From Hemiscyllium ocellatum (Eukaryota): DNA of 64,000 bases. Positions 11,201 to 23,200 of the stretch are shown here, piece by piece. The stretch spans positions 18,248,341 to 18,312,340 of the forward strand of contig NC_083409.1 in the NCBI RefSeq assembly GCF_020745735.1, read 5' to 3'. Position numbers and translations under genes: made by a program. Position 1 is the first letter of the stretch, and each line of letters begins with the position of its first letter. The notes beneath the pieces are model-generated. The model worked only from the letters and a program-made list of their open reading frames with translations. It did no database searches and was not told the origin of the DNA.

Positions 11201-14200
11201 AATGTGTGATTCAACATAACAGTTGTGTTGAATCAATAATTGTAACCCAACTCTGCTCCTTGGGCAGAAAACTAATCCAAGGATTCTAGCTCAGCCTTTA
11301 ACTTCACGTTCAAGTTCTAAATCTTTCAGTGAACAATGGAAAATAACAAAGAACAATATAAATCATTTATTGTCTCTCCAGACTCTGCTTCTGTTGCCAC
11401 TGAGTTCGATGAGTCAATGACTGAGGATGAAATTGAAGAGCAATTCTTTTATCCCCTTCTGCCATCAAAGAGCCATTGCTGCTTTAACATGGGGAAGAAA
11501 CACAGGCAGCGGGATGATTCCGATGAGGACATTCTGCAGGATCAATCGGCTTCAATAGCTGTCAAAGTGAGTTCTCCCATGGGTTCGCCAAGGGTGAGTG
11601 ATGGTGCCAGTTTGTGAGATCTCAGTGCTTGGCATAGTTGCTCCTCTCCATGTTCTAGGTGTCTTGCTATGAGACTCAGATGTAGAGGATGAGGAGCAGA
11701 TGGGTCAATGAGTATAAGGGAAGTGTTGGGCAGGGGCTGTTTTTTACAAATGATAATTACCACTCACTAACAATGTGCCCAGAGTTTATAAATATTGAAG
11801 AGGAATTAATCTTTTACATTGTTAATCTTTGTGATCGAGTTACCATGCAGTGAAGACAAAGATTAATATTTACTGGGATTCCTTGCTCACCTCGTCCGGT
11901 AAACACAAGCTAAATTTGACTGCTAAAAATGTCCCTGAATTTACAACTTTCTACTGTCCATTAAAGGTGGTAATAAGATGCAAAAGACAAGTGGCGCTTG
12001 CAGAGGAATTTGATTTGAACAAGAGACATTTGTGCAGATAATAAGAGATATTCTAATTGGAAGGATATGGTTAGTGATATCTTGCATGGATCTATGTCGG
12101 TGCCCTAACTATTCGCTATTCATGATGAAAGGAAAGCCACATTCAAAACTTGGGGCCTCTCTCCAGATTAGCAGCGATCTCGAGTGTAGGTAGATGAAAG
12201 CATAAAATAAGAAAACAATCTTGATAGATGAAGTAAATGAAAAATCTACAGATGAGTTTGTGTCAGCAAGTGAGAGGTTGGATCAAGATAGGATATTTCT
12301 TGATTATGAAAATCGAGAGACAGTGGAGTTCAAAGAAACTTGATGGGGCTGATCCAGCTGTATGTAGTTCATGAAAATGTCACAAACAGGCTCAAAACAG
12401 TGAACAAGGATCAGTGGAATGTTGACATTTATATCCAAAGAAGTTGCAAAAGCAAAGGATTAGAAGTCATGCTTCAGCAATTCAAAGCTGAAAATGTGTT
12501 GCTGGAAAAGCGCAGCAGGTCAGGCAGCGTGCAAGGAACAGGAAATTCGACGTTTCGGGCATAAGCCCTTCATCAGAATTTCCTGTTCCTTGGATGCTGC
12601 CTGACCTGCTGCGCTTTTCCAGCAACACATTTTCAGCTCTGATCTCCAGCATCTGCAGACCTCACTTTCTCCTCTTCAGCAATTCATAACCGAGTCAGAC
12701 CAATCTGTCAGGGCTGGGCACCATGGCTTAAGAAGAGTATCACTCTTAGTGGAAGTGCAATGTAGACTTACTGAAGTGATACTTGGGCTCCGAGGCTTAA
12801 TTTAAGAAGAGAGATTAAATAGATAACATGTTAGAGTCACAACATTGAGGTGTGATATTGTGGAACACTTTTACACACAGAAATGGATGAAGTTTGAAAC
12901 TCCCTTCCACAAACAGTGATTGATTTGAAATCAGTTACAAATTTTAAATCTGAGATTGGTAGATTTTTAACCAAAATGCTGAAGGATTATGGGACAAAGA
13001 CAGGGATTTGTCATGATGTTGAAGATTACCATGATTTGTGTGAATGGTGGAATAGGCTCAAGAAGCTAAATAGCCTCCTCCTGTTGTGATGTTGATGTAA
13101 CCATGACACTCTTATTCTCTGGATGTGCAACTCCTATTCTGTTTTTGGTTATTTATCAGAACCTGGCAGCAAATTAGTAACTGGAGTCCTGACCAGAAAA
13201 TTATCAGTATGAGGGACTTTGCAAGTCTTAATGTGTTTCACAGATGATGAAATGAAACAGTCAGCATTTACTCATCCTGATAAATATTGGGATAGTTTGA
13301 TGGGATCACTTGTGATGCAGCATGATTGGCATATCTGATGATGCTCCAACTACTTTTAATTGTTGTTGTCGTCGTCTGCACCCAGTCCTGAGGTTTTGTG
13401 GATTACAGGACAAGTTTTGCTTGGGTCAGGGGAAGCAGATCACCTCACTCTGTACTGTTTGTCCTCCTGTCTTTCACTGTCCAGCATGATTTCAGCATGT
13501 CCTTCTCGGGAGGTCAAGACAGTTTCTATAAATTCACCATGGAGATGGTGCGACAATACGTGGAGGAGGAGGAGATGCGTGCACAGCACCGGGTGTCCCT
13601 CCTCAAACTGAGAGAACAAGCCATGAAGGAAAAGACCAAAGCAGAGCTGGCTTGGTTGGAACACCAGAAAAAGTGAGTAGCTGACCTATGCAGTGATGGT
13701 AAGCTGTATAGCCTTTCAAAAATGCAATGTAAGAATGTGCAGATCCTTCCAGTAATCCTTTCCGGAGAAGGGGGAAAGCTAGTGTCTATTCTCATTGCAG
13801 TGAGGCTGTTGTGCAGAAGCTAGGTATTCACGTCATCTTTCCCCTTATCACTGTTTGGATTGAGTAGAATGAAGCCAATTTTGATTTTTTTTTCAAATTT
13901 TTAAGTTTGTTCTTTGAACTTGGGATGTTGCGGTAATGCTAGTATTTATTTACTCGCCCTCATTCTCGAAATGGTCATGGTGTTGAGCTGCCTTGAGCCA
14001 CTGCAGTCTGCTTAGTCAATATAAACGTATCAACTCGCAAGTGCTGTTAGGTTTGGAGTTCAAGGCTCTGGAATAGATTGTTGCAAGGCTGTTGTCCTCA
14101 CCCACGGGTCAGGATTTTAAACAAATAATTTCAATAGACTTCTTCGCTGCTGGTAAGGCCAGTATTGTTGTCCATCCTTCATTGCACTTGGGAAGGTGAT

Positions 14201-17200
14201 AGTGAGTCATTTCCTCAAACATCTGCAGTTCACCCGCCACAGGTACAACCACAATGCTGACAGGAAAGGAGTACCTGGGATTTTGATCCTAAAGCAGTGA
14301 AGGAATGATGTATTCCTAAGTCAGGACGATGTGTGGCTTGCAGAGGAGCTTACAAGTAATGGTGTTACCATGTTATCTACTGTCTGTGTCCTTTTAGATG
14401 GTAGAGGTCACAGGCTTTGAAGATGCTATTGAAGGAATTGAGTGAGTTTCTGCAGTGCATCATATAGTGCACAAAGCTCTCACTGTAGCAGGTTGCTACA
14501 TCCTATTTGGTGTTCTGCATCTTGGGCATGTACTGGGGAGACAGAAAGTAAGTTACTTAGTGAAGAATTTTCAGCTTCCGACCTGCTTTTGTTGACCTAG
14601 TATGGTATAGCTGATCCATTTTAGTTTCAGGTCGAGGGTAACTCTAATGTGATAATTGTGAGGGAAGCAGTGATGATAATACCACTTCATATCAAAACGA
14701 TTGCAAGAGATGGTCAATGATTGCTCAGTATGGTATGCATGCATCCATGCTGCCGTAATACTGTAGTCACGTATGCCATACTAGTTGTGGGCAAAAGATT
14801 TCCTTCAAAGTCCGTCTGTGAATTATTTGGTTTTTCTGGCTGCTCAACATCTTTGTGGACATTTTTACTTACACCAACCTTTTATTTCCAGATTTTCTTT
14901 CAAAATATCCTTTTTAATTTTGTGAGCATAAACACTGTCTTGTTGAAATAAAATTTCTTCAAATTGAGTATGATAAGAATGGAGGGGCATTACAGTTATA
15001 AAATATTAAGAAGACTTTGCTGCTAAACAAAATCTTAAACCCTGATCATTCTCTTTCTGGTTTAGTTGCTAATTCAGCAGTGGTGACACTGTGAGATCTA
15101 TTTGGGCAGATTTATCCAAGTTTGTCTGTAAATTTGAGCATCATTATACCATTTGTAGGGAACTGTGGCTTCCTAAAGAAGTTGAATCTCTTGTCAAGAG
15201 GATGAAGAAAACTTATGTTAGGATGAGATGTAAAGCTCAGTCAGAGTGCTTGAGAGTTACGGGTTAGCCAGGAAAGACCAAAAGAGAGAGCTAAGAAGGG
15301 ACATGAGAAATCACTGGCAGATAGGATCAAGGAAAACCATCAAGTTTTCTATAAATATATAAGGAAGAAAAGAATGATGAGAAAGATTAGGGCCAATCAA
15401 GGATAGTTGTGGGATGTTGGGCATGGAGTCCGTGGAGATGGGGAAGCACTTAAAGAATATTTTTTGTTCATTTTTACACTGGAAAAAGACAGTGTTGTCA
15501 AGGAGAATACTGCGATGCAGGCTATTAGACTAGATGGGATTGAGGTTGACGAGGAGGAGTTAGCAATTCGAGGAAGTGTGAAAATAGATAAGTCCCCTGG
15601 GCCAGATGGGATTAATCCGAGGATTTTCTGAGAAGCCAGGGAGGAGATTGCAAAACCTTGACCTTTGATCTATATGTCGTCGTTGTCTACAGGAGCAGTG
15701 CTAGAAGACTGGAGGATAACAAATGTTGTCCCCTTGTTTGAGAAGGGGAGTAAAAACAACCCTGTTATTATAGACGAGTGAGCCTCATTCGGTTCTGGGT
15801 AAGATGTTGGAAAAGGTTATAAGAGGTAGGATTTATAATCATCAAGAAGGGAATATGTTGATTAGGGATAGTCAACTCATTTTTGTGAAGAGTAGGTCGT
15901 GTCTCACAAACCCTACTGAGTTCTTTTGAGAAAGTGACCAAACAGATGGATGAGGGTAAAGCAGTTGATGTGGTGTATATGGATTTCAGTAAGGCATTTG
16001 ATAAATTTCCCACTGTAGGCTATTGCACAAAATACAGAGGCATGGGAGTGAGGGCGATTTAACTGTTTGGATCAGAAATTGGCTCGCTGAAAGAAGACAG
16101 AGTGTAGTAGCTAATGAGAAATGTTCATCCTGGAGTTCAATAACGGGTGATGTAACGCAAGGATCTATTTTGGGTGCACTGCTGTTTGTCATTTTTGACT
16201 CAGATGAGGGCATAGAATGATGGTCATTTAGCGGGCATTGATAGGCATTTGGAAGTTATTGGCTAGTATAGGTTAGGTAGGATTCGGTCGGCGCAACATC
16301 GAGGGCCGAAGGGCCTGTACTGTATGTTCTATGTTCTATGATGGGTGAGTAAATTTGCAGATGACAAGAAGGTCAGTGGAGTTGTGTATAGTGCTGAAGG
16401 GTGTTGCAGGTTACCGAAGGATATAGATAAGCTGCAGAGCTGAGCTGAGAAGTGGCAAATGGAGTTTAATGCAGAAAAGTATGAGGTGATTCAGTTAGGA
16501 AGGAGCAACAGGAATAAGGAATACTGGGCTAATGGTAAGATTCTTGGTAGTGTAGATGAGCAGAGAGGTCTCGGTGTCCATGTATAGGTCCTTGAAAGTT
16601 GCCACCCAGCTTGATAGGGTTGTTCCGAAGGCATACGGTGTATTAGCTTTTATTGGTAGAGGGATTGAGTTTCAGAGCCACAAGGACACGTTGCAGCTGT
16701 ACAAAACTCTGGTGTGGCCATACTTGGAGTACTGTGAACAGTTCTAGTCACTGCATTATAGAAAGGATGTGGAAGCAATAGAAAGGGTTCAGAGGAGATT
16801 TACAAGGATGTTACCTGGTATGGAGGGAAGGTCTTATGAGGAATGGCTGAGGGACTTACGGCTGTTTTCATTAGAGAGAAAAAGATTGAGAGGTGATTTA
16901 ATTGTGACATATAAGATAATCAGAGGGTTAGATAGGGTGGACAGAGAGAGCCTTTTTTCCCAGATGGTGATGGCTAGCACAAGGGGACATAGCTTTAAAT
17001 TGCAGGAGGATGTACAGATGTCAGAGGTAATTTCTTTAGTCAGAGTGGTAGTGGTGTGGAACACACTGCCTGCAACAGTAGTGGACTCATCAACTTTCAG
17101 GGCATTTACATGCTCATTGGATAAACATATGGATGAAAATGGAATAGTGGAGGATAGATGGGCTTCAAATTGGTTCTACAGGTCAGTGCAACATTGACGG

Positions 17201-20200
17201 CCAAAGTGCCTGTAGTGTGCTGTAATGCTCTACGTTCTATGTTCATGTGACTTTGCCATGTCCTCTAACCAGATGCCTTCGAGACAATGGAGAAGATGAC
17301 AAGATGCCATCCATCCGTAGGAGGCAGCGTGGGCTTCTGCTCAGGCTGCAGCAGGAGCAGGTATGACCCACTGAATGCCAGGGAAAATGTTCATACTTCA
17401 TGAATGAGCATGTTTCCCCAAAGTTCCGATTTGATTTCAAACCTTTTATTAATGGTGATCCAGGTTTTCCTTGAAATGCCAATAACAAATGCTACTGAAT
17501 GTAATGTATATGCTCGGCCTAGGGACAGATTTCCATGCCATGGTGTTTCTGAATGCAGTTTTTCTACTGGCAATGCCCACGGCAGCACCCTGGGGCTGAA
17601 ACATCTGGAGTGTTCTTCGGCCAGTAATTAATCTGCATTGTCTCTCCAGGCCAGCAGGCATCTATCTTTGTTCTCCCCTTTTTTGGTTTGAAAACAAGTT
17701 GCTTTTCAAAGTTCAATTCTCAACTTCAGCTCACAGTTCCAAACCAAAAATGAGAAAAATATAGTTGCTGATTTTTGTTGGCAGAGGTGTTGCCAATCAC
17801 GCAGTGTCAGGCAGTATCACACAGACTTGGAATGTTACGTTATTTGCTGTTGGACTCACTACAGATTTGTCAGATTCTGCACTCACTCAACCCAGGCACA
17901 CTTTCCAACTTGCCCAGCAGCAAGAGCTAATACGCAATTCTCGTGAGTGGAAATCTGCCTATTCATCATCTTTCTCTTCTGCAAAGTACTTGGCAGCTGA
18001 GGACAGTTTTTCAGGTTTGAGAACTCAGGTTAACTCACCACAGGCCAGGAAGCAACCTCCTGAAATAAAATCAGAAATGCTCACTCAAAGTTAGGCATCA
18101 GCTGTTGAAAAAGAACGTGAGTAACTCTTTCATGATAATTTTCGACCTGGAGTACTTGACTGTTTGAGTTCGTGTTGACAATACATTTTGTCGAAAAAAC
18201 CCACAAAGTTTTCATCAAGAACAAGCATTATAAGTTGTAAAAGTTGCACAGTGCCACCTGGAAACTGTGCAACTTAGAACTTAATGGGTTATGGAGTTGC
18301 GTGCCCTGACTTCATTTTTGTCTGTAGTTTGTCGTCAAAATAAATTTATTGACGATGTAAAGACGGGTTTGGTTGGTCTCTAACATGGTAATACATTGTA
18401 TACAATTTCACCACAGGCTGAAATCAGGCATCTTCAAAAAGCCAACAAAGCTGCTCACAGGGAGAGGCAGCTGATCCTGAAACAGCAGGAGGAGATTCAA
18501 CACATGCTCCAGTCCACCAGGGAAATTCAGGAGAGGCTCAAATCAGTTGGGGAGAGCAAGTTGGTTAGTATCCCACCATTTGCAAACATCTGAACGGATC
18601 AATTCAAGGTTACTATTAAAGTAAGGAATTACTTACTCTGCAGCATGAATGATGGGTGATCAATTTCAATCCAAACTTGCTATCGGCCAGGTTTCTAGTC
18701 TATATTATCATTACAATATAAATAAAACTTTTAAAATTTTACAGAAAAGATGTAAGAATGGTTTGTCTGCCACTGAGAAACATCAACTTAAGCCTCGGTA
18801 CCTTTATTAAGTTGATAACATGTTCACATGTTCCCTTATGTAGAGACCAAAACTCTGCAACCTAAAATACCAGGAATACCTGCTGCTGCCGAGAATACCA
18901 TCCTTTGTATTCATCGATATCGTGTTTTGTTCTGCATTCCGTAGAAGTGACAGCACAAGAAATGGAGCTTTCAGCCCAATGTATCTGTGCTTCTGTTCTT
19001 TCCCTCCCTGCAATCTGGCTCCGACCTGTTATCAGCATATCCTACAAAGGGGTCAAAACATTTTTGCACTTGATCATGTGCATAGGAATGGGACTAGGTT
19101 GTTGAGCCACTCATCTGTTTGCACTTGCTTCTATTATAATTGATCAACATCTCCCTCCCTTAATCTGTTTCCCTGAATAAACATTCCCAACAAACAAAAA
19201 AAATCAAATTCACTTTTAAAATGTTTAATTAATTCAAAGCTCAATTAATTCAAAACTAATGAAACACTCTGCCTCCTGAAAGGAAATGATGTTGCTTAGT
19301 TGCAGAAACCTGTCTTTGAATCTCATCTGTGTTTCACTAATTCTGGAGCTGTTTCCATTTAGGAGCAAACTTAACTTCCCATGCGTCCATCTTGGTATAT
19401 TCTCAGGTTCCAACTCGACAGGAGCAGCGGAATGCAAAACAACTAGAAGTGGAGAATGCTTCCAAAGTGAGCCCCACTTCCACTCTCCTGGAAACAGATA
19501 CGGAGACGTGGAGTCCCTCCTCTGTTTCGAATTCAGGCAGCGAGACCAGCAACATCATGCAAAAACAGAAGATGCGCAGTCATGTGGATGAAAAGTAATA
19601 TCTCTTATGGCTTCTTCTAAGGCATATTGCTGTGAAAGACTGGCAAGCCAACCAGCTCATTTGTCAGCTGGTGATATTATGGAGAGGATGAGAAAGAGAG
19701 AGACCGAGTGGCTCTGAGCAGAGATAAATATAGGAAGTCCATTTCACTGTGCTTTTCAAAGGCAGTGTGTTTGCTGCAAATGGTGTTTCTAATGATCCCA
19801 CCTGAGGTGTTGTCATGTTTGACCCTGCGAGTGGGGCAGCAAAACATCAATATGGCCTCACTGTTCCTGCTCTCCAAGTAGGGGAGCTTTTTTCTTACCC
19901 TCATCTTTTTTATTTACACCCATTGCCCTGGAGTAACAGTCTCAGAATGGGATTGCACTGTGAAAATTTTCACTCGTGCAAAGCTTGCTTTGCCTTTCAG
20001 TGGAGTCTGTTAGGAAACTACATGCAAATGTTGCAGGAATTGTTTTTCCTGGTGGAATTATCAGCTTGACATCATTGTGTTAGCTTTTTTATCCTATGAA
20101 GACAATTGTGTACACTACAGAGGATATAAACAGGTCTTATTGGGGCAGCACCATGGCTCAATGGCAAGCACTGCTGCCTCACAGTGCCAGGAACCCGGGT

Positions 20201-23200
20201 TCGATTCTACCTTCAGGTGACTGTGTGGAGTTTGCACATTCTCCCAATGTCTGCATGGATTTCCTCCCGCTGTCCACAAATATGCAGGTTAGGTGGATTG
20301 GCCGTGCTAAATTGCCCATAGTGCCGAGCGATATGCAGGCGCGGTGAATTAGCCATGGGAAATGCAAAGTTACACGCATAGCTTAGGGGAGTGAGTTTGG
20401 GTGGGTTGCTGTGCGAGGGGTTATTATGGACTCAATGGGCTGAATGGCCTGTTTCCACACTGAGGGATTCTATGATTTGTTCCAATCACTTCACATCAGT
20501 GTTACTGCTCCACTTGAGAATCCTGTCACCCTTGCTCATCTATTACCCTGACCCTCTATTCCTTTCTCCCTCTAATCTTGTCTATCCTCCCCTTAAACAC
20601 CCGTATCATATTTGATTCAACTGCTCCCTGTTCAGTCTTCATTGCTGTAATCCAATTCTGCAGAACTTCCATATCTCCCTGATGGATTTCTTGGTGAATA
20701 CTTTGTGACCTCAAGGTAGCTCTTCCCTGTGAAAGGAAACATTCTGTCTGTATCCAGTCTGCTGAACCCTCTCACCATTTTAAAGACCTCTATTATGTCC
20801 CTGTTTGTTCTTCTTTCAGAGAAAAGAGACATAGCCTGTCAACCCTTTCCTGAGATGTGAACCCACACATTCCTGTGACCAATCTTGTCTGTGTACCCAC
20901 TTCAGTTTCTCCTTTTTCTATTTATAGTATGATGATCAGCCTGCACACAGTATCCAAGTGTGGTTTCAGCAAGGTTTGATTCAGGTTTAGCATATTTAAT
21001 AACTAATTAGATAGGGATGATGTGCTAAACTACTGGTGTTTTTTTCTGATCGAGTTGAGTTCAATAAATGTGAGGTACTGCATTTTGGTAAGGCAAATCA
21101 GGGCAGGACTTAATGGGAAGGTCCTGGGCAGTGTTGCTGAACAAGGAGACCTTGGGGTGCAGGTTCCTAGTTCCTTGAAGACGGAGTTTCAGTCATGAAG
21201 AAATCGTTTGGTGTGCTTGCATTTATTGGTCAGTGCATTAAGTATAAGAGTTGGGATGTCATGTTATGGTTGTACAGGACATTGGTGAGGCCACTTTTGG
21301 AATAATGCATTCAGTGCTGGTGTGTTGTCAAACTTGAAAGGATTCAGAAAAGGTTTACAAGGATGTTGCGAAGGTCGAAGGTTTGAGCTATAGGGAGAGG
21401 CTGAAGGGTAACCTTAAAAGTTTATAAAATCGTGAGGGGCATGGATAGGGTAAATAGCCATGATCTTTTTTTCCAGGATAGCGGAGTCAAAAACTAGAGA
21501 CCATAGGTAAGAAAGGAAAAATTTTAAAGTTACCTCAGGGGCAACTTTTTCACTCATGTATGAAATGATGGTGAAGGCAACAATAATTACCACATTAAAC
21601 AAACATCAGATGGGCTTGTAATCTGTGGTTGGACTGTTCCGAAGGCAGTGCTTGAGATTCTCCCACTATCTAAGTCAGAAGGAGAAATGGAGCTGGGGTT
21701 GGTTTTGATGAGCTCTGTTGCCATTTGAAGTTAATGAATCCGAGCAGAAGGGGTTGTGTTGATGTAGAGGTGTAGGGAAGTTTGTTACAAATGTTTTCAT
21801 TGAATATTTGTAATTTCTCCTTCATAATGTGAGGTTTTCTTGAGTATCTAAAGATAAAGCAATTTTGGGGAGATACTCAGCTGTTTTGTTTTTCTTGTTT
21901 TGCTCCTTTATTTTGTAAACATCGCTCTCCTGTCACTACTTCTTCTCTGGCTTTACGTCTCATCAGTGGGCTTCTCTCAGTGTCTGTTTTTCCATCCTAC
22001 ATCCCAAATTCCAGATGTCCATCTACAACCAGCTGGTCAGGTACTGTGCAACCTCTGCTTCTCACTGATCGAGCATGCTCTGTTTCATCACATGCATGTG
22101 GATGATGTGGGGGGTCGGTGGAGGGTCAAGGGGAAAGGAACTTTGGCTTCACATAGATGCTGCAAGCTGCTTGTTTGCAATATACTGCATACTTTACAAT
22201 TAATCTGGAACGTGGTTTTATAGGGGCATTATTGTGAAAGGAAGAAGTTGAAGTTACACAAACAATCTTGAGCTGCTCATGCTAACAGGGTACAATAAAG
22301 ATTGACCTATTTAACGTTGAGTTGGACTTTTGCAAATAGTCTGGCAGAGTTAGCAGCCCACTAACCTTGATAAATGTAACTTTAAGAAATCTGAAATTTG
22401 AGTTGCAAGGTTGAATTTTCATATGGCAGTGCCTCTGTAAGAGGGCAAATGTGTCTTTGGTGAACATTTGAGGTATTCTTATGAATATGAAAACTTAATT
22501 GGTATGTAACCGTCACAGTAGACATGAGTATCTCCAACTACATGCAGCTACATGTTGGCTGTACTACATTTCTGAATGAACTTCACCCAAAATTAGTGAA
22601 ATAATTGAAAAGTATTGCAGAATTAGAAGTGTAAATTATGTTTGTTGTGTGAATGTTGTAATACTGGAAAGCTAATAGTAACTAGCACATTCTCCCAAGG
22701 TGAATTAACTACCACTGGAACTTTGTAATAATTATGCTTGTGTAAAGCTTTAAAGAGGCTGTAACAAATAATTAGCTTTTTCTTTTGTGATCCAGATAAG
22801 CAATTAACATGTTTTAGAAGTAATTGTATATTTTTCCTGTTAGTAACATGAAAAGCAAGATAATAATAAGCCCCTTGAGCCTGCTCTGTCATTCAGTCTG
22901 ATCATGACTGATCATCCAACTCCAAACCCTGGTCTCACTTTCTCCCCATACCATTTGATCTCTTTACCCCTAACAACTATATCTAACCCTTGAAAATATT
23001 CAATGTTTTGCCCTGAAATACACTTTGTGGCAGAATATTTTGTTGGTTCAACACTATCTGGATGAAGAAATTTCTCCTCATCTCCGTTCTGAACAGCCTA
23101 ACCTATATCCTTTAGACTATGACCACTGGTTCTGGCCTACCCCACCATGAAGGCCAACATACCATTTGTCTTCACCACCTGCTGCACCTGCATGCTTACT

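Noticed and set aside
11330-11381. ORF start MENNKEQYK and an acceptor at 11330
   Set aside because: That acceptor gives an in-frame TGA. The stronger acceptor at 11382 fits both phase and homology.
12485-12673. Inverted repeats as a DNA-transposon MITE or CRISPR-like repeat
   Set aside because: The arms are not terminal (a 36-nt unpaired tail follows), the sequence matches the Penelope terminal repeat, and there is no repeat-spacer array.
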